Positions 31,306 through 39,727 of a stretch of DNA of 42,421 nucleotides are shown here, in pieces. The notes below the pieces were generated by a model, which saw nothing but the letters and a program-made list of their open reading frames with translations, was not told the DNA's origin and did not search any database. Numbering within the stretch: position 1 is the first letter of the stretch; every line of letters begins with the position of its first letter. The translations under genes and the position numbers were made by a program. Where the stretch lies: positions 1 through 42,421 of the forward strand of contig CANNKR010000001.1 of assembly GCA_947504615.1 (NCBI GenBank), in the 5' to 3' direction. The DNA comes from Gemmatimonadota bacterium. GTDB taxonomy: Bacteria > Gemmatimonadota > Gemmatimonadetes > Gemmatimonadales > Gemmatimonadaceae.

Positions 31306-33459
31306 TCACGCCGACGGATCGTCGGCATCGTCGGTCCCGCGCTCTGCCTGCTTCTCCTTCAGCCGTTCCAGTTCGAGCGGGTGCTCATCGAGCATTTCCC
31401 GCTCGGTCAGCGTGACCTTCCAGAACGCAAGGTTGATCGGGTAGATCTCGGGATTGAAGATCACGAAGTACATGTGCCACACGAGGATCGCGAGCGTGGC
31501 CAGCCAGGCCTCGTAGTAGTGCACGGTGCGCGCGACGTCCCAGCCCAGCTTGGTCAGCAGGCCGATGAACGTGTTGTCGAACCACAGGATCACGCCGGTG
31601 CCGCCCATCAGGATGGTGCCCCACACCAGCGCCCAGTATTCGCTCTTCTCGATGTAGCTGAAGCGCTCGAACTGCGGCTTGATGGCGGACAGCCCGAGGT
31701 TGTACTTCATCACGCCGATGGCGTCGCGGAGATCCTTGAACCCCGGGAGCAGGTCGCGGAAGAGCTGCCGTCCGCGCGGGACGAAGGCCAGGTAGTAGCA
31801 GTGATAGAGGCTGGCGATGACCATCACGATGCCGGCCACGCGATGCACGATGCTTCGGATGCCGAAGATCGACGGGCTGAGGCGCTGGAGCGGCGCGACC
31901 CACCAGGCTTCGGGGAACTTCAGCGCGAATCCGGTGATGACGAGCGTAAGGAAGCTCACCACCAGCGTGCCGTGCTGCAGCCGCTCACCAAGGGTCATGC
32001 GGACGTAGAGCGCGTGCCCGACGTGTTCTTCCTCGATCAGCCCGCGACGCAGCATCAGCTGCCGCTTCGACTTCTTGATGAAGTCGAGGAGGTTGTGCAC
32101 CAGCATGCCGCCGATGATCAGGACGATCAGGAGGATGTACGAGGTCGCGACCCAGTACAGCAGCGGCTCCTGCTGTTCGGTCAGCGTGATATGCACCGAT
32201 CCGATGGCGAAGCGCTCGTTGGCCTTGGGGTGGCACCGGCCGCACGTGATGATGAGGTTCGCCTTGTTGACGCTCGACGTCGGGTCGCTGGACGGCTTGA
32301 TGTCGTGGCCACTGTGGCAGCTCGCGCAGTTGGCCACCTCCAGCGAGCCCCCGCGGCTGGCGAGCCCGTGGTAGCTGTCGGTGAAGGTCCGGAAGCGGTC
32401 GCTCTTGAGCCCGTACTTGGCCGAGAGCAGGACCGACTGGTGGCACGGCGAGCAGACCTGCGACGACAGGTTCTTGGACGCCGTCCGCGACTCGGGATTC
32501 TTGCTGGACAGGATCGTGTGCTCGCCGTGGCACGTCGTGCACACCGGCGAGTCGGAGTTGCCCTTGGCCACGGCGGCGCCGTGGACGCTCTGCGCGTACG
32601 CCTCGGCGACCTTGGCGTGACACTGCGCACAGGTCGTCGGGATATTGGCGCGGTTGACGAACGAGGCCGGATCCGAGCCCTTCTTCATGTCGTGGCTGCC
32701 GTGGCAGCTCACGCAGTTGGCGGCCTTCGCCTCACCGCGGGCCAGGGCGGAGCCGTGCACGCTGGTGTCGTACGCCTTGATGAACCCCGCCGTCGGCGAG
32801 GTCCGCGCACGCACGTCCGGGTCATCGCGATGGCACGACAGGCAGAGCTCTTCCTGGGCGCGCTTGACCGACAGCGAATCGCCCGTGCCGAGCACGAACG
32901 CGACCGCACCGCGATGGCACGTCAGGCAGTTGGGCGCGCCCTTGACGCCGGCCGCCAGCGCCTTGCCGTGCGCAGACGCCGGGAAATGCTCCAACGCCTT
33001 CTTGTGGCACGATCCGCACGATTCGGTGAGGCGTCCCGGGGAGAACCTGGCGCCGGGACTCTTGGTCGACTCGACCATGTGCGTGCCGTGGCAGTCCTTG
33101 CACAGCGCACCGGGCTTGCCTGAGGCCTTGGCGGCCCCGCGGTGGAACTGGTGCTTGAACGCCGCCTTGGCGTGGCACCGCTGGCAGGCCACGGGCTCGA
33201 TAGTCGCCTTGTGCGGCAGGTCTTCCGGATTGAAGCCCGTATGACACGCGACGCACGCCAGCTTGGCGTGCGCCGATTTGTTGAGGTCAGACTCCCGGGC
33301 AAAAAGGGAGATCACCTTCTTGCCCGGACCTTCCTTGGTCAGCGTGGAATCGCTGTGACACTCGAGACAGACGGCTCTCGTCTGTGCGAGAGCCGAAGAT
33401 GCACCCAGTTGAAAGAGCCCGGCGAGCAACACCATCAACACCAGAACGCGCTGTCTCAT
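31306..33459 (-). CDS. Fusion cytochrome: a 13-heme c-type domain plus a FdnI/HydC-like b-type membrane domain; paralog of 28492..31272
   Basis: A signal peptide is followed by 13 CXXCH motifs (aa 31-410), then a TM domain with matching His positions (LQHGTLVV, IVHRVAGIVMVIASLYH, TVHYYEAWLATLAILVWH). The N-terminal 100 aa aligns with the 19-heme protein. Confidence 0.85.
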   Translation of the reverse strand: MRQRVLVLMVLLAGLFQLGASSALAQTRAVCLECHSDSTLTKEGPGKKVISLFARESDLNKSAHAKLACVACHTGFNPEDLPHKATIEPVACQRCHAKAAFKHQFHRGAAKASGKPGALCKDCHGTHMVESTKSPGARFSPGRLTESCGSCHKKALEHFPASAHGKALAAGVKGAPNCLTCHRGAVAFVLGTGDSLSVKRAQEELCLSCHRDDPDVRARTSPTAGFIKAYDTSVHGSALARGEAKAANCVSCHGSHDMKKGSDPASFVNRANIPTTCAQCHAKVAEAYAQSVHGAAVAKGNSDSPVCTTCHGEHTILSSKNPESRTASKNLSSQVCSPCHQSVLLSAKYGLKSDRFRTFTDSYHGLASRGGSLEVANCASCHSGHDIKPSSDPTSSVNKANLIITCGRCHPKANERFAIGSVHITLTEQQEPLLYWVATSYILLIVLIIGGMLVHNLLDFIKKSKRQLMLRRGLIEEEHVGHALYVRMTLGERLQHGTLVVSFLTLVITGFALKFPEAWWVAPLQRLSPSIFGIRSIVHRVAGIVMVIASLYHCYYLAFVPRGRQLFRDLLPGFKDLRDAIGVMKYNLGLSAIKPQFERFSYIEKSEYWALVWGTILMGGTGVILWFDNTFIGLLTKLGWDVARTVHYYEAWLATLAILVWHMYFVIFNPEIYPINLAFWKVTLTEREMLDEHPLELERLKEKQAERGTDDADDPSA

Positions 33460-33495
33460 ATGCCGGCTAATCTCTCAACTGGGGGGAATGGCGTA

Positions 33496-34029
33496 CTAGG
33501 CCGCAGGCTTCTTGTGCGCGATCTTGGCCCAGCTCTCTTCGAAGTTGAAGGCCTTCGCCGTCGGGCTCTTCTCGTTGTGGCAGGTCTTGCACATCGCTTC
33601 GATGGCTGCCTTGTCCGCAAACGCCACCATGCCCTTCGCGACCGCATCGGCACGGACCTTCATCACGGCCATGCCCTTGTAATCGGCGCCCGCCCCGTGG
33701 CACGTCTCACACTGCACGCCGTCCTTTACATCGGCCTTGGCATCGCCAACGATGGCATGGCACTTGAGGCATTCCGGAGAGGCCGCCGCAGCCGTCGTGA
33801 GCCCCTTCGCCTTGGTGATGGAATCAGCCGCCGGCGTGGTCAGCGTCGTGTACGCGCCCGCATGCTTCGACTTCTCCCACACGGGACCCTGGAGTCCCTG
33901 CTTCTCGGTCTTGTGGCACATGGTGCAGCCCTTCACGCCGGCGTACGCGTGCGGCGCCTGTGCGCCGGCCAGGTTCGCGAGGGACAGCGTGGCGGCGAGC
34001 ATTGCGGAAACAGACAGTGTGCGCATCAT
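33496..34029 (-). CDS. Periplasmic tetraheme c-type cytochrome
   Basis: GGAG lies 6 nt upstream of the ATG at 34029. It has a signal peptide and four CXXCH motifs (CTMCH, CLKCH, CETCH, CKTCH). Confidence 0.8.
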   Translation of the reverse strand: MMRTLSVSAMLAATLSLANLAGAQAPHAYAGVKGCTMCHKTEKQGLQGPVWEKSKHAGAYTTLTTPAADSITKAKGLTTAAAASPECLKCHAIVGDAKADVKDGVQCETCHGAGADYKGMAVMKVRADAVAKGMVAFADKAAIEAMCKTCHNEKSPTAKAFNFEESWAKIAHKKPAA

Positions 34030-34065
34030 GAAGTGCTCCTCTTGTCGGTGCGGTATGAATCGACC

Positions 34066-34079
34066 CAACTCATGAGTTG
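34066..34079. promoter_or_regulatory. 14-bp perfect palindrome in the divergent cytochrome control region
   Basis: CAACTCATGAGTTG lies 37 nt upstream of the tetraheme start codon. It is flanked by a direct repeat TATGAATC at 34054-34061 and 34112-34119. Confidence 0.3.
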
Positions 34080-34200
34080 ACCGGGCGTCGCGATCGGCGT
34101 CCCTGGTACGCTATGAATCTCAACAGGCGTACGGGTGATGGAAAGTGTGGAACTACGGTCGTCTTCTTGCGGGAATTGCTGACACGCAGGTAAGGGAATA

Positions 34201-34241
34201 GCGCAGGGCGCGGCGGCGCCTGTTGCCGCCTCGCCCTGCGC
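34201..34241 (+). promoter_or_regulatory. Strong GC hairpin upstream of the ImcH-like gene
   Basis: GCGCAGGGCGCGGCGGC (34201-34217) pairs with GCCGCCTCGCCCTGCGC (34225-34241), giving a 17-bp stem with 1 mismatch and a 7-nt loop. It ends 69 nt before the ATG at 34310. Confidence 0.35.
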
Positions 34242-34309
34242 AGAACGGTGCACGGGATATTACTGTTGCGACGTGCTGTTTCCGTCGCGAGCAACCGGAG
34301 AGTGGTGTC

Positions 34310-35845
34310 ATGCGTTCGAAACTTCCTTCGTCCTTCGTCAATCCGATCACCTTTGGCGGCCTGGCGATAGCGGCGATCAGCTTCATCGTCATCATTTTTC
34401 TGGCGGTGCTCGAATACTTTGCCAAGTCGCCCAATCCGTACATGGGCATCCTGGCCTTCGTCATCGTGCCGTCGGTGCTCCTCAGCGGCGTGGCCATCGC
34501 GGCGTTCGGCGTCTGGCGCGAGCATCGCCTGCAGCAGAGTGACCGCCCGATCGAGCGTCGCCTGCCCACGGTCGACCTCAACAACCCGAGTCATCGCACC
34601 GCGCTCGCCCTGGTCGCGTTCGGATCACTGGCGCTCATCCTGTTCTCGAGCTTTGGCAGCTTCAAGGCGTACGAGCACATGGAGTCGGACGCGTTCTGCG
34701 GGCAGAGCTGCCACACCGCGATGGAGCCGGAATACACCCTGTACGCCAACTCGCCGCACGCCAAGGTGGGATGTGTGCAGTGCCACATCGGCTCAGGCGC
34801 CGGCTGGTTCGTCCGCTCGAAGCTCTCGGGCAGCTACCAGTTGTACGCCGTGCTCTTCAACAAGATCTCACGCCCCATCCAGACGCCGATCACCAACCTG
34901 CGCCCGGCGCAGGAGACGTGCGAGCAGTGCCACTGGCCCAAGCAGTTCTACAGCGCCAAGCTGCGCAGCATGACGTACTACACGTCGGACGAGAAGACCA
35001 CCAAGTGGGAACTGGATCTCCTGATGAAGATCGGCGGCGGCAACCAGAGCGCCGGCCCGACCAACGGGATCCACTGGCACATGAACATCGGGAACAAGGT
35101 GACGTACGTGCCGACCGATCTGTCGCGGCAGACCATCCCCTGGGTGCGCTCCGAAGGTCCCGATGGCACCGTGCACACGTACCGGAGCACCGAGGTGGCG
35201 CTGACCGCGGCCGACTCGATCGCCAACCCGGCCCGGCGCATGGACTGCATCGATTGCCACAACCGCCCGTCCCACATTTACACGCCACCGGCACGCGCGG
35301 TGAATCACCTGATGGCGCTTGGCTCCATCGATCCGACGCTGCCGAACGCCAAGGACCTGGCCGTCTTCGTGCTCGAGACCCCGTATTCGACCACCCAGGC
35401 CGGCGTGGACAGCATCAAGATCGCGATCAACGAGTACTACGCCGGCAACTACCCAGCGCTGCTGACCACCAAGCGCAAGTCGATCGACCAGATGATCAGC
35501 GAGGTGCAGGGGTTCTACAGCAAGAACTACTTCCCGCTGATGAAGGCCGACTGGAAAGCGTTCCCGAACAACATCGGGCACATGTACTTCCTCGGCTGCT
35601 TCCGCTGCCACGACGGCAAGCATGTCGCCGAGAACGGCAAGGTGCTGTCCAAGGACTGCAACGTCTGCCACGCCATTCTCGCACAGAAGTTCGAGCGGGA
35701 CACTATCCGCATTGCACTGAAGGGGATCAAGTACCAGCACCCCGTGGACGTGGGCGATGAGTGGCAGACCTCGAACTGCAGCGAGTGCCACAACCCGCCG
35801 GCCTCCAAGAAACCACGGGCGATCGGCGAGCACGTGACGAAGTAG
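34310..35845 (+). CDS. Membrane-anchored multiheme c-type cytochrome, NapC/NirT-related, ImcH-like (3 TM; 6 CXXCH plus 1 CX3CH)
   Basis: GGAG lies upstream of the ATG at 34310. Three N-terminal TM helices are followed by the heme sites CGQSCH (CX3CH), CVQCH, CEQCH, CIDCH, CFRCH, CNVCH and CSECH. Confidence 0.8.
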   Translation: MRSKLPSSFVNPITFGGLAIAAISFIVIIFLAVLEYFAKSPNPYMGILAFVIVPSVLLSGVAIAAFGVWREHRLQQSDRPIERRLPTVDLNNPSHRTALALVAFGSLALILFSSFGSFKAYEHMESDAFCGQSCHTAMEPEYTLYANSPHAKVGCVQCHIGSGAGWFVRSKLSGSYQLYAVLFNKISRPIQTPITNLRPAQETCEQCHWPKQFYSAKLRSMTYYTSDEKTTKWELDLLMKIGGGNQSAGPTNGIHWHMNIGNKVTYVPTDLSRQTIPWVRSEGPDGTVHTYRSTEVALTAADSIANPARRMDCIDCHNRPSHIYTPPARAVNHLMALGSIDPTLPNAKDLAVFVLETPYSTTQAGVDSIKIAINEYYAGNYPALLTTKRKSIDQMISEVQGFYSKNYFPLMKADWKAFPNNIGHMYFLGCFRCHDGKHVAENGKVLSKDCNVCHAILAQKFERDTIRIALKGIKYQHPVDVGDEWQTSNCSECHNPPASKKPRAIGEHVTK

Positions 35846-35856
35846 GCGACGCCGCG

Positions 35857-37566
35857 ATGCACGAGGACCACGCCCCCGGGGCCGAACCGGCGCTGGCCGA
35901 GACCCTGCGGCATCTCGAGCAACGCCTGGCACGCATCGAGGCGCAGCTGGCGCTTCCGCCGCTCCCGGCGGTGGCGTCAACCGTGACTGCAGGGTCACCC
36001 GGCGCGCCCGAGTCCGCGGTGCCAAGCATCGCTGCGGCCGTGGTGCCGGACGAAGTACCGGGCGGCACCCAGGACAGCACCCAGGGCGAGGGCGAACTCG
36101 AGTTCGTCGTGGGGCAGAACTGGCTGGCGAGCGTGGGCATCCTCGTGCTCACGTGCGGCGTCGGCTTTGCGCTGCTGCTGCCGCTGGCCGGACTTCCCCC
36201 GGTGGCACCGTCGCTTGCCGGCTGGGTGGTGGCCGGGTGCCTGCTGGCGCTGGCGCACCGATGGCGCACCTCGTTCGAACTCGTCTCGGGCTATTTCCGC
36301 GGTGCCGGCATGGCGCTGCTGTACTTCGCCACGCTGCGGCTGTTCTTCTTTGGCGCCACGCACGTGCTCGACATCGGCTCGGCCATCGGCCGGGTGCTGC
36401 TGTGTGGCGTGGTGATCGGCAACCTCGTGGTGGCGTTGCGGCAGCGGTCCGCCTGGCTTCTGGGCCTCGCGCTCGTCACCGGGTTCATCACCACGGTTGC
36501 CGTCGGCGCTCCGGCCTTTGTCTTTGCGGGCGTGGCGCTGCTGCTGGCGCTCGCCGCATATGCCGCGGTCGCGCACGACTGGCCCTGGCTCCCGCTGCTG
36601 GCGATCCCGGCAGGGTACCTGGCGCACCTCATCTGGCTGCTGAATCGCCCGTGGTCTGGGCGATCGTTCGAGATCGTCGGCAAGCCGGCCGTCGCGCCAT
36701 TCGTGGTGCTGGCGTACGTACTGATCAATGCGATGGCCTCGTACCGGCGGCGCGACCGGTCGGCGGAGGACCCGGCCACGGTCATCGCGGTGCTGATCAA
36801 CTGCGGCGGCTACGGGCTGTTCGTCCTGGCAACGATGGGGACGGCGCCGGCGATGTTCGGGCCGGCGCACCTGGCGGCGGCGGTCGTCTTCCTGGGGCTT
36901 GCCGTGGCATTCTGGCGCAGCGAGACGAGCCGCATCGCGACGTTCTTCTATGCCATGACCGGCTACATGGCCCTCAGCGTCGCGCTCGCGAAGCTGATTC
37001 CCGTCCCGAACCTGTTCATCTGGCTTTCGGGTCAGAGCCTGCTGGTGGTGGCGACGGCGCTCTGGTTCCGGAACAAGCTGATCGTCGTCGGCAACTTCTT
37101 CATCTACGCCTCCATCGTCGGCGCGTACATGGTGGTGGCGACGTCCGAGAGCGGCATCAGCATCGGCTTTGGCGTGGTCGCACTGATGACCGCCCGCATC
37201 CTCCATTGGCAGCAGCAGCGCCTGGAACTCAAGACCGAGATGATGCGCAATGCCTACCTGGCCAGCGCGTTCATCGTCTTTCCGTACTCGCTGTACCACC
37301 TGGTGCCACGGGCGTTCGTCGCCGTGTCGTGGGTGGGAGTCAGCGTGGTGTACTACGTGATGAACCTCATGGTACGCAGCCCCAAGTACCGGTGGATGGG
37401 GCACTTGACGCTGCTGCTCACGGCCCTGTACATGATCGTCATCGGCATCTTCCAGCTGGCCCCGATGCTCCGGATCGTGTCGTTCCTCGTGTTGGGGACC
37501 GTCCTGCTGGTGGTCTCGCTGATTTTCACCCAGGTGCGCGCGCGGGCGAAGACCCATTTACATTGA
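35857..37566 (+). CDS. DUF2339-like polytopic membrane protein
   Basis: The ATG lies 12 nt after the upstream stop. It has an N-terminal coiled segment (LRHLEQRLARIEAQL), then EFVVGQNWLASVGILVLTCGVGFALL and more than 12 TM helices, the typical DUF2339 layout. Confidence 0.7.
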   Translation: MHEDHAPGAEPALAETLRHLEQRLARIEAQLALPPLPAVASTVTAGSPGAPESAVPSIAAAVVPDEVPGGTQDSTQGEGELEFVVGQNWLASVGILVLTCGVGFALLLPLAGLPPVAPSLAGWVVAGCLLALAHRWRTSFELVSGYFRGAGMALLYFATLRLFFFGATHVLDIGSAIGRVLLCGVVIGNLVVALRQRSAWLLGLALVTGFITTVAVGAPAFVFAGVALLLALAAYAAVAHDWPWLPLLAIPAGYLAHLIWLLNRPWSGRSFEIVGKPAVAPFVVLAYVLINAMASYRRRDRSAEDPATVIAVLINCGGYGLFVLATMGTAPAMFGPAHLAAAVVFLGLAVAFWRSETSRIATFFYAMTGYMALSVALAKLIPVPNLFIWLSGQSLLVVATALWFRNKLIVVGNFFIYASIVGAYMVVATSESGISIGFGVVALMTARILHWQQQRLELKTEMMRNAYLASAFIVFPYSLYHLVPRAFVAVSWVGVSVVYYVMNLMVRSPKYRWMGHLTLLLTALYMIVIGIFQLAPMLRIVSFLVLGTVLLVVSLIFTQVRARAKTHLH

Positions 37567-37613
37567 TGCTACGTTCCGAGGTCCTTTCCATGTCCATCCC
37601 AGGAGTTCGTAGC

Positions 37614-38432
37614 ATGCGTGGCTCCCTGACACTACTGCTGGTCGCGTCCACCGCGATCGGCTGCTATTCCAAGACCGATACCGACGACTCCGCCAAGGTT
37701 CCCCTCGGCCAGATGCCTGCCGCGGCCGCCGCGGCCCCCGCCGCCCCGGCTGAAGGGCTGACCGGCAAGGTCGTCGAACTGTTGCCGGCCTCGCCGTACC
37801 TCTATATCCGCGTCAAGACGTCCACGGGCGACGTCTGGGCCGCCGTGCCGGAGACCAAGCTGGCGAACGGCGCCACGGTGACCGTGTACAGCGCGATGCT
37901 GATGACCAAGTTCGCGTCCAAGACGCTCAAGCGGACCTTCGACGAGGTCTACTTCGGCACGCTGACGCCGCCGGAGGCGGGCGCGGCAGGCGCCATGGGC
38001 GGGGCAATGGGCGGCGCTGCTGACGCCGCTGGTGCCGCGGGTGCCGCGGGTGCCTCTGGCACCAGCCCACACACGGGTGCGCCGGCTGCGGCCCCGGTCC
38101 AGGTGGGCAAGGTGGAGAAGGCCACGGGCGCTGACGCCAAGACGGTCGCCGATGCCTGGGCGCAGAAAGCGGGCCTCGCCGGCAAGACGGTCACCATCCG
38201 CGGCAAGGTCGTGAAGTTCAACGGCGCCGTGATGGGGAAGAACTGGATGCACCTGCAGGATGGCAGCGGCGACGCCACCAAGGGCACCAACGACATCACC
38301 GTGACCTCGATGGCCGAGGTGAAGGTGGGCGACCTCGTCACCATCACGGGGACCGTCCGCACGGACAAGGATTTCGGCGCGGGCTACTTCTACGCGATCA
38401 TCGTGGAAGACGCAAAGGTCGTGAAGAACTAG
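37614..38432 (+). CDS. Lipoprotein with two OB-fold-like domains separated by an Ala/Gly-rich linker
   Basis: AGGAG lies 8 nt upstream of the ATG. Lipobox LVASTAIGC. There are two similar beta-rich modules (GKVVELLPASPYLYIRVKTSTGDVW... and TIRGKVVKFNGAVMGKNWMHLQDGSGD...). Only the 3' part of track ORF 36153..38432 is used. Confidence 0.7.
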   Translation: MRGSLTLLLVASTAIGCYSKTDTDDSAKVPLGQMPAAAAAAPAAPAEGLTGKVVELLPASPYLYIRVKTSTGDVWAAVPETKLANGATVTVYSAMLMTKFASKTLKRTFDEVYFGTLTPPEAGAAGAMGGAMGGAADAAGAAGAAGASGTSPHTGAPAAAPVQVGKVEKATGADAKTVADAWAQKAGLAGKTVTIRGKVVKFNGAVMGKNWMHLQDGSGDATKGTNDITVTSMAEVKVGDLVTITGTVRTDKDFGAGYFYAIIVEDAKVVKN

Positions 38433-38442
38433 GCCTGCCGCT

Positions 38443-38473
38443 CCTGAACGCCGCGTCCTCCGCGGCGTTCAGG
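38443..38473. terminator. Bidirectional hairpin terminator between convergent genes
   Basis: CCTGAACGCCGCG-TCCTC-CGCGGCGTTCAGG gives a 13-bp perfect stem. The right arm overlaps the pdxH stop codon (38469-38471). Confidence 0.6.
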
Positions 38474-39107
38474 GGGCCAGGCGGTCGATGCGCCAGCTCC
38501 GGTCGTCCTGGAGCGAATACTGGAAACGGTCGTGGAGGCGATTGGCGCGCCCCTGCCAGAACTCGAACGCGGCCGGCGTGACGCGGTAGCCTCCCCAGAA
38601 CGAGGGGAGCGGCACCTTGCCGTCGGCGAACTTCCGCGACATCTCGTCCCACTTCATCTCGAGCAGCTTCCGCGACTCGATGATGCGGCTCTGCGGCGAC
38701 GCCCATGCCGCGAACTGGCTGCCGAGGGGGCGCGAGATGAAATACGCCACCGTCTCGGCCATCGAGATGCGCTCCACCGCGCCGGTGATCTTGACCTGAC
38801 GTTCCAAGCTGATCCACGGGAACAACAGCGCGGCGTGCGGGTTTTCAGCGAGCTGTGTCGCCTTGGTGCTCTCGAGGTTCGTGAAGAAGACGAACCCGCG
38901 CTGGTCGAACTGCTTGAGCAGCACCGTACGGATGGTCGGGCGCGCGTCGCGGCCGGCGGTGGCCAGGCTCATCGCGTTCGGTTCCACCAGCCCGGCCTGT
39001 CCGGCCTGCTCGTACCAGAGGCGGAACTGATCGACCGGATCGGGGAGCAGGTCGGCGCGCCGGATTCCGGTGCTGGTATACGAGGCACGAATGTCGGCGA
39101 GATCCAT
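38469..39107 (-). CDS. pdxH: Pyridoxamine 5'-phosphate oxidase
   Basis: Full-length match to the PdxH pattern (RTVLLKQFDQRGFVFFTNLESTKA..., ERQVKITG, SRPLGSQFAAWASPQS, PSFWGGYRVTPAAFEFWQGRANRLHDRFQY). The ATG is at 39107. Confidence 0.9.
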   Translation of the reverse strand: MDLADIRASYTSTGIRRADLLPDPVDQFRLWYEQAGQAGLVEPNAMSLATAGRDARPTIRTVLLKQFDQRGFVFFTNLESTKATQLAENPHAALLFPWISLERQVKITGAVERISMAETVAYFISRPLGSQFAAWASPQSRIIESRKLLEMKWDEMSRKFADGKVPLPSFWGGYRVTPAAFEFWQGRANRLHDRFQYSLQDDRSWRIDRLAP

Positions 39108-39242
39108 GGGCGAGAGTCGGGGATCGTGTGGCGGTGAAACAGACGTGATGGAAATGTGGTGGATCAACTCCGTCGCGGACACCCGTGCGAACCACCCGAA
39201 CGTTCGCCAGCTTTCCTGAGCCTTTCACTCCGGGGACGCTCC

Positions 39243-39659
39243 ATGACCAGCATTCGCCTGACGATCACCGCCGCCACGCTCGCGCTGACCACCGGCACCC
39301 TTGGCGCCCAGCAGGGCGCGGCGCCGGCTGCTGCGCCACCCGCGCTCACGCGCACCGTGCTGGTGCAGAAGACGCTGAGCGCGCCGGGGCGCGACGGGGT
39401 GCTGGTGCGCGCCGAGCTCGTGGCCGGAGGGTCATCGGTGCGGCACACGCATCCCGGCGAGGAGTTCGGGTACGTCCTGGACGGCACGGTGTCGTTCGAC
39501 CTCGCCGGGCAGCCGACGCAGCTGCTCAAGGCCGGCGATTCGTTTTTCATCCCACCCAACACGCCGCACATCGCGCACAACACGGGCACGACCCCGGTGA
39601 AGCTCATCAGCACGTACATCGTGGAGACCGGAAAGCCGCTGTCCACGCCAGCGCCGTAG
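39243..39659 (+). CDS. Secreted cupin-domain protein
   Basis: It has a signal peptide and the cupin motifs HTHPGEEFGYVLDG and FFIPPNTPHIAHN. Confidence 0.75.
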   Translation: MTSIRLTITAATLALTTGTLGAQQGAAPAAAPPALTRTVLVQKTLSAPGRDGVLVRAELVAGGSSVRHTHPGEEFGYVLDGTVSFDLAGQPTQLLKAGDSFFIPPNTPHIAHNTGTTPVKLISTYIVETGKPLSTPAP

Positions 39660-39727
39660 GTGGCGCGGCGCGGCGTCATGCCCGCGACGTGATAGCCGCG
39701 CCTTGCACCCGGGGGTAGCTTCTCCCC

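Noticed and set aside
30331-33123. 930-aa plus ORF, and ORF 28615..30315 +
   Set aside because: They are antisense to the two multiheme cytochrome genes. They have no motifs and an Arg/Ala/Gly-rich composition.
35995-37557. 520-aa minus ORF
   Set aside because: It is antisense to the DUF2339-like membrane protein and highly charged with Arg, Asp, His and Gln. This is not compatible with real coding given the strong hydrophobic periodicity of the plus frame.
36153-37613. 5' two-thirds of the 759-aa plus ORF 36153..38432
   Set aside because: It is an alternative frame of the DUF2339-like gene. A proper RBS, ATG and lipoprotein signal occur at 37614, so only 37614..38432 is called.
39197-39206. 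10-bp palindrome CGAACGTTCG between pdxH and the cupin gene
   Set aside because: Perfect 10-bp palindromes are expected dozens of times by chance in 42 kb, and there is no supporting context.
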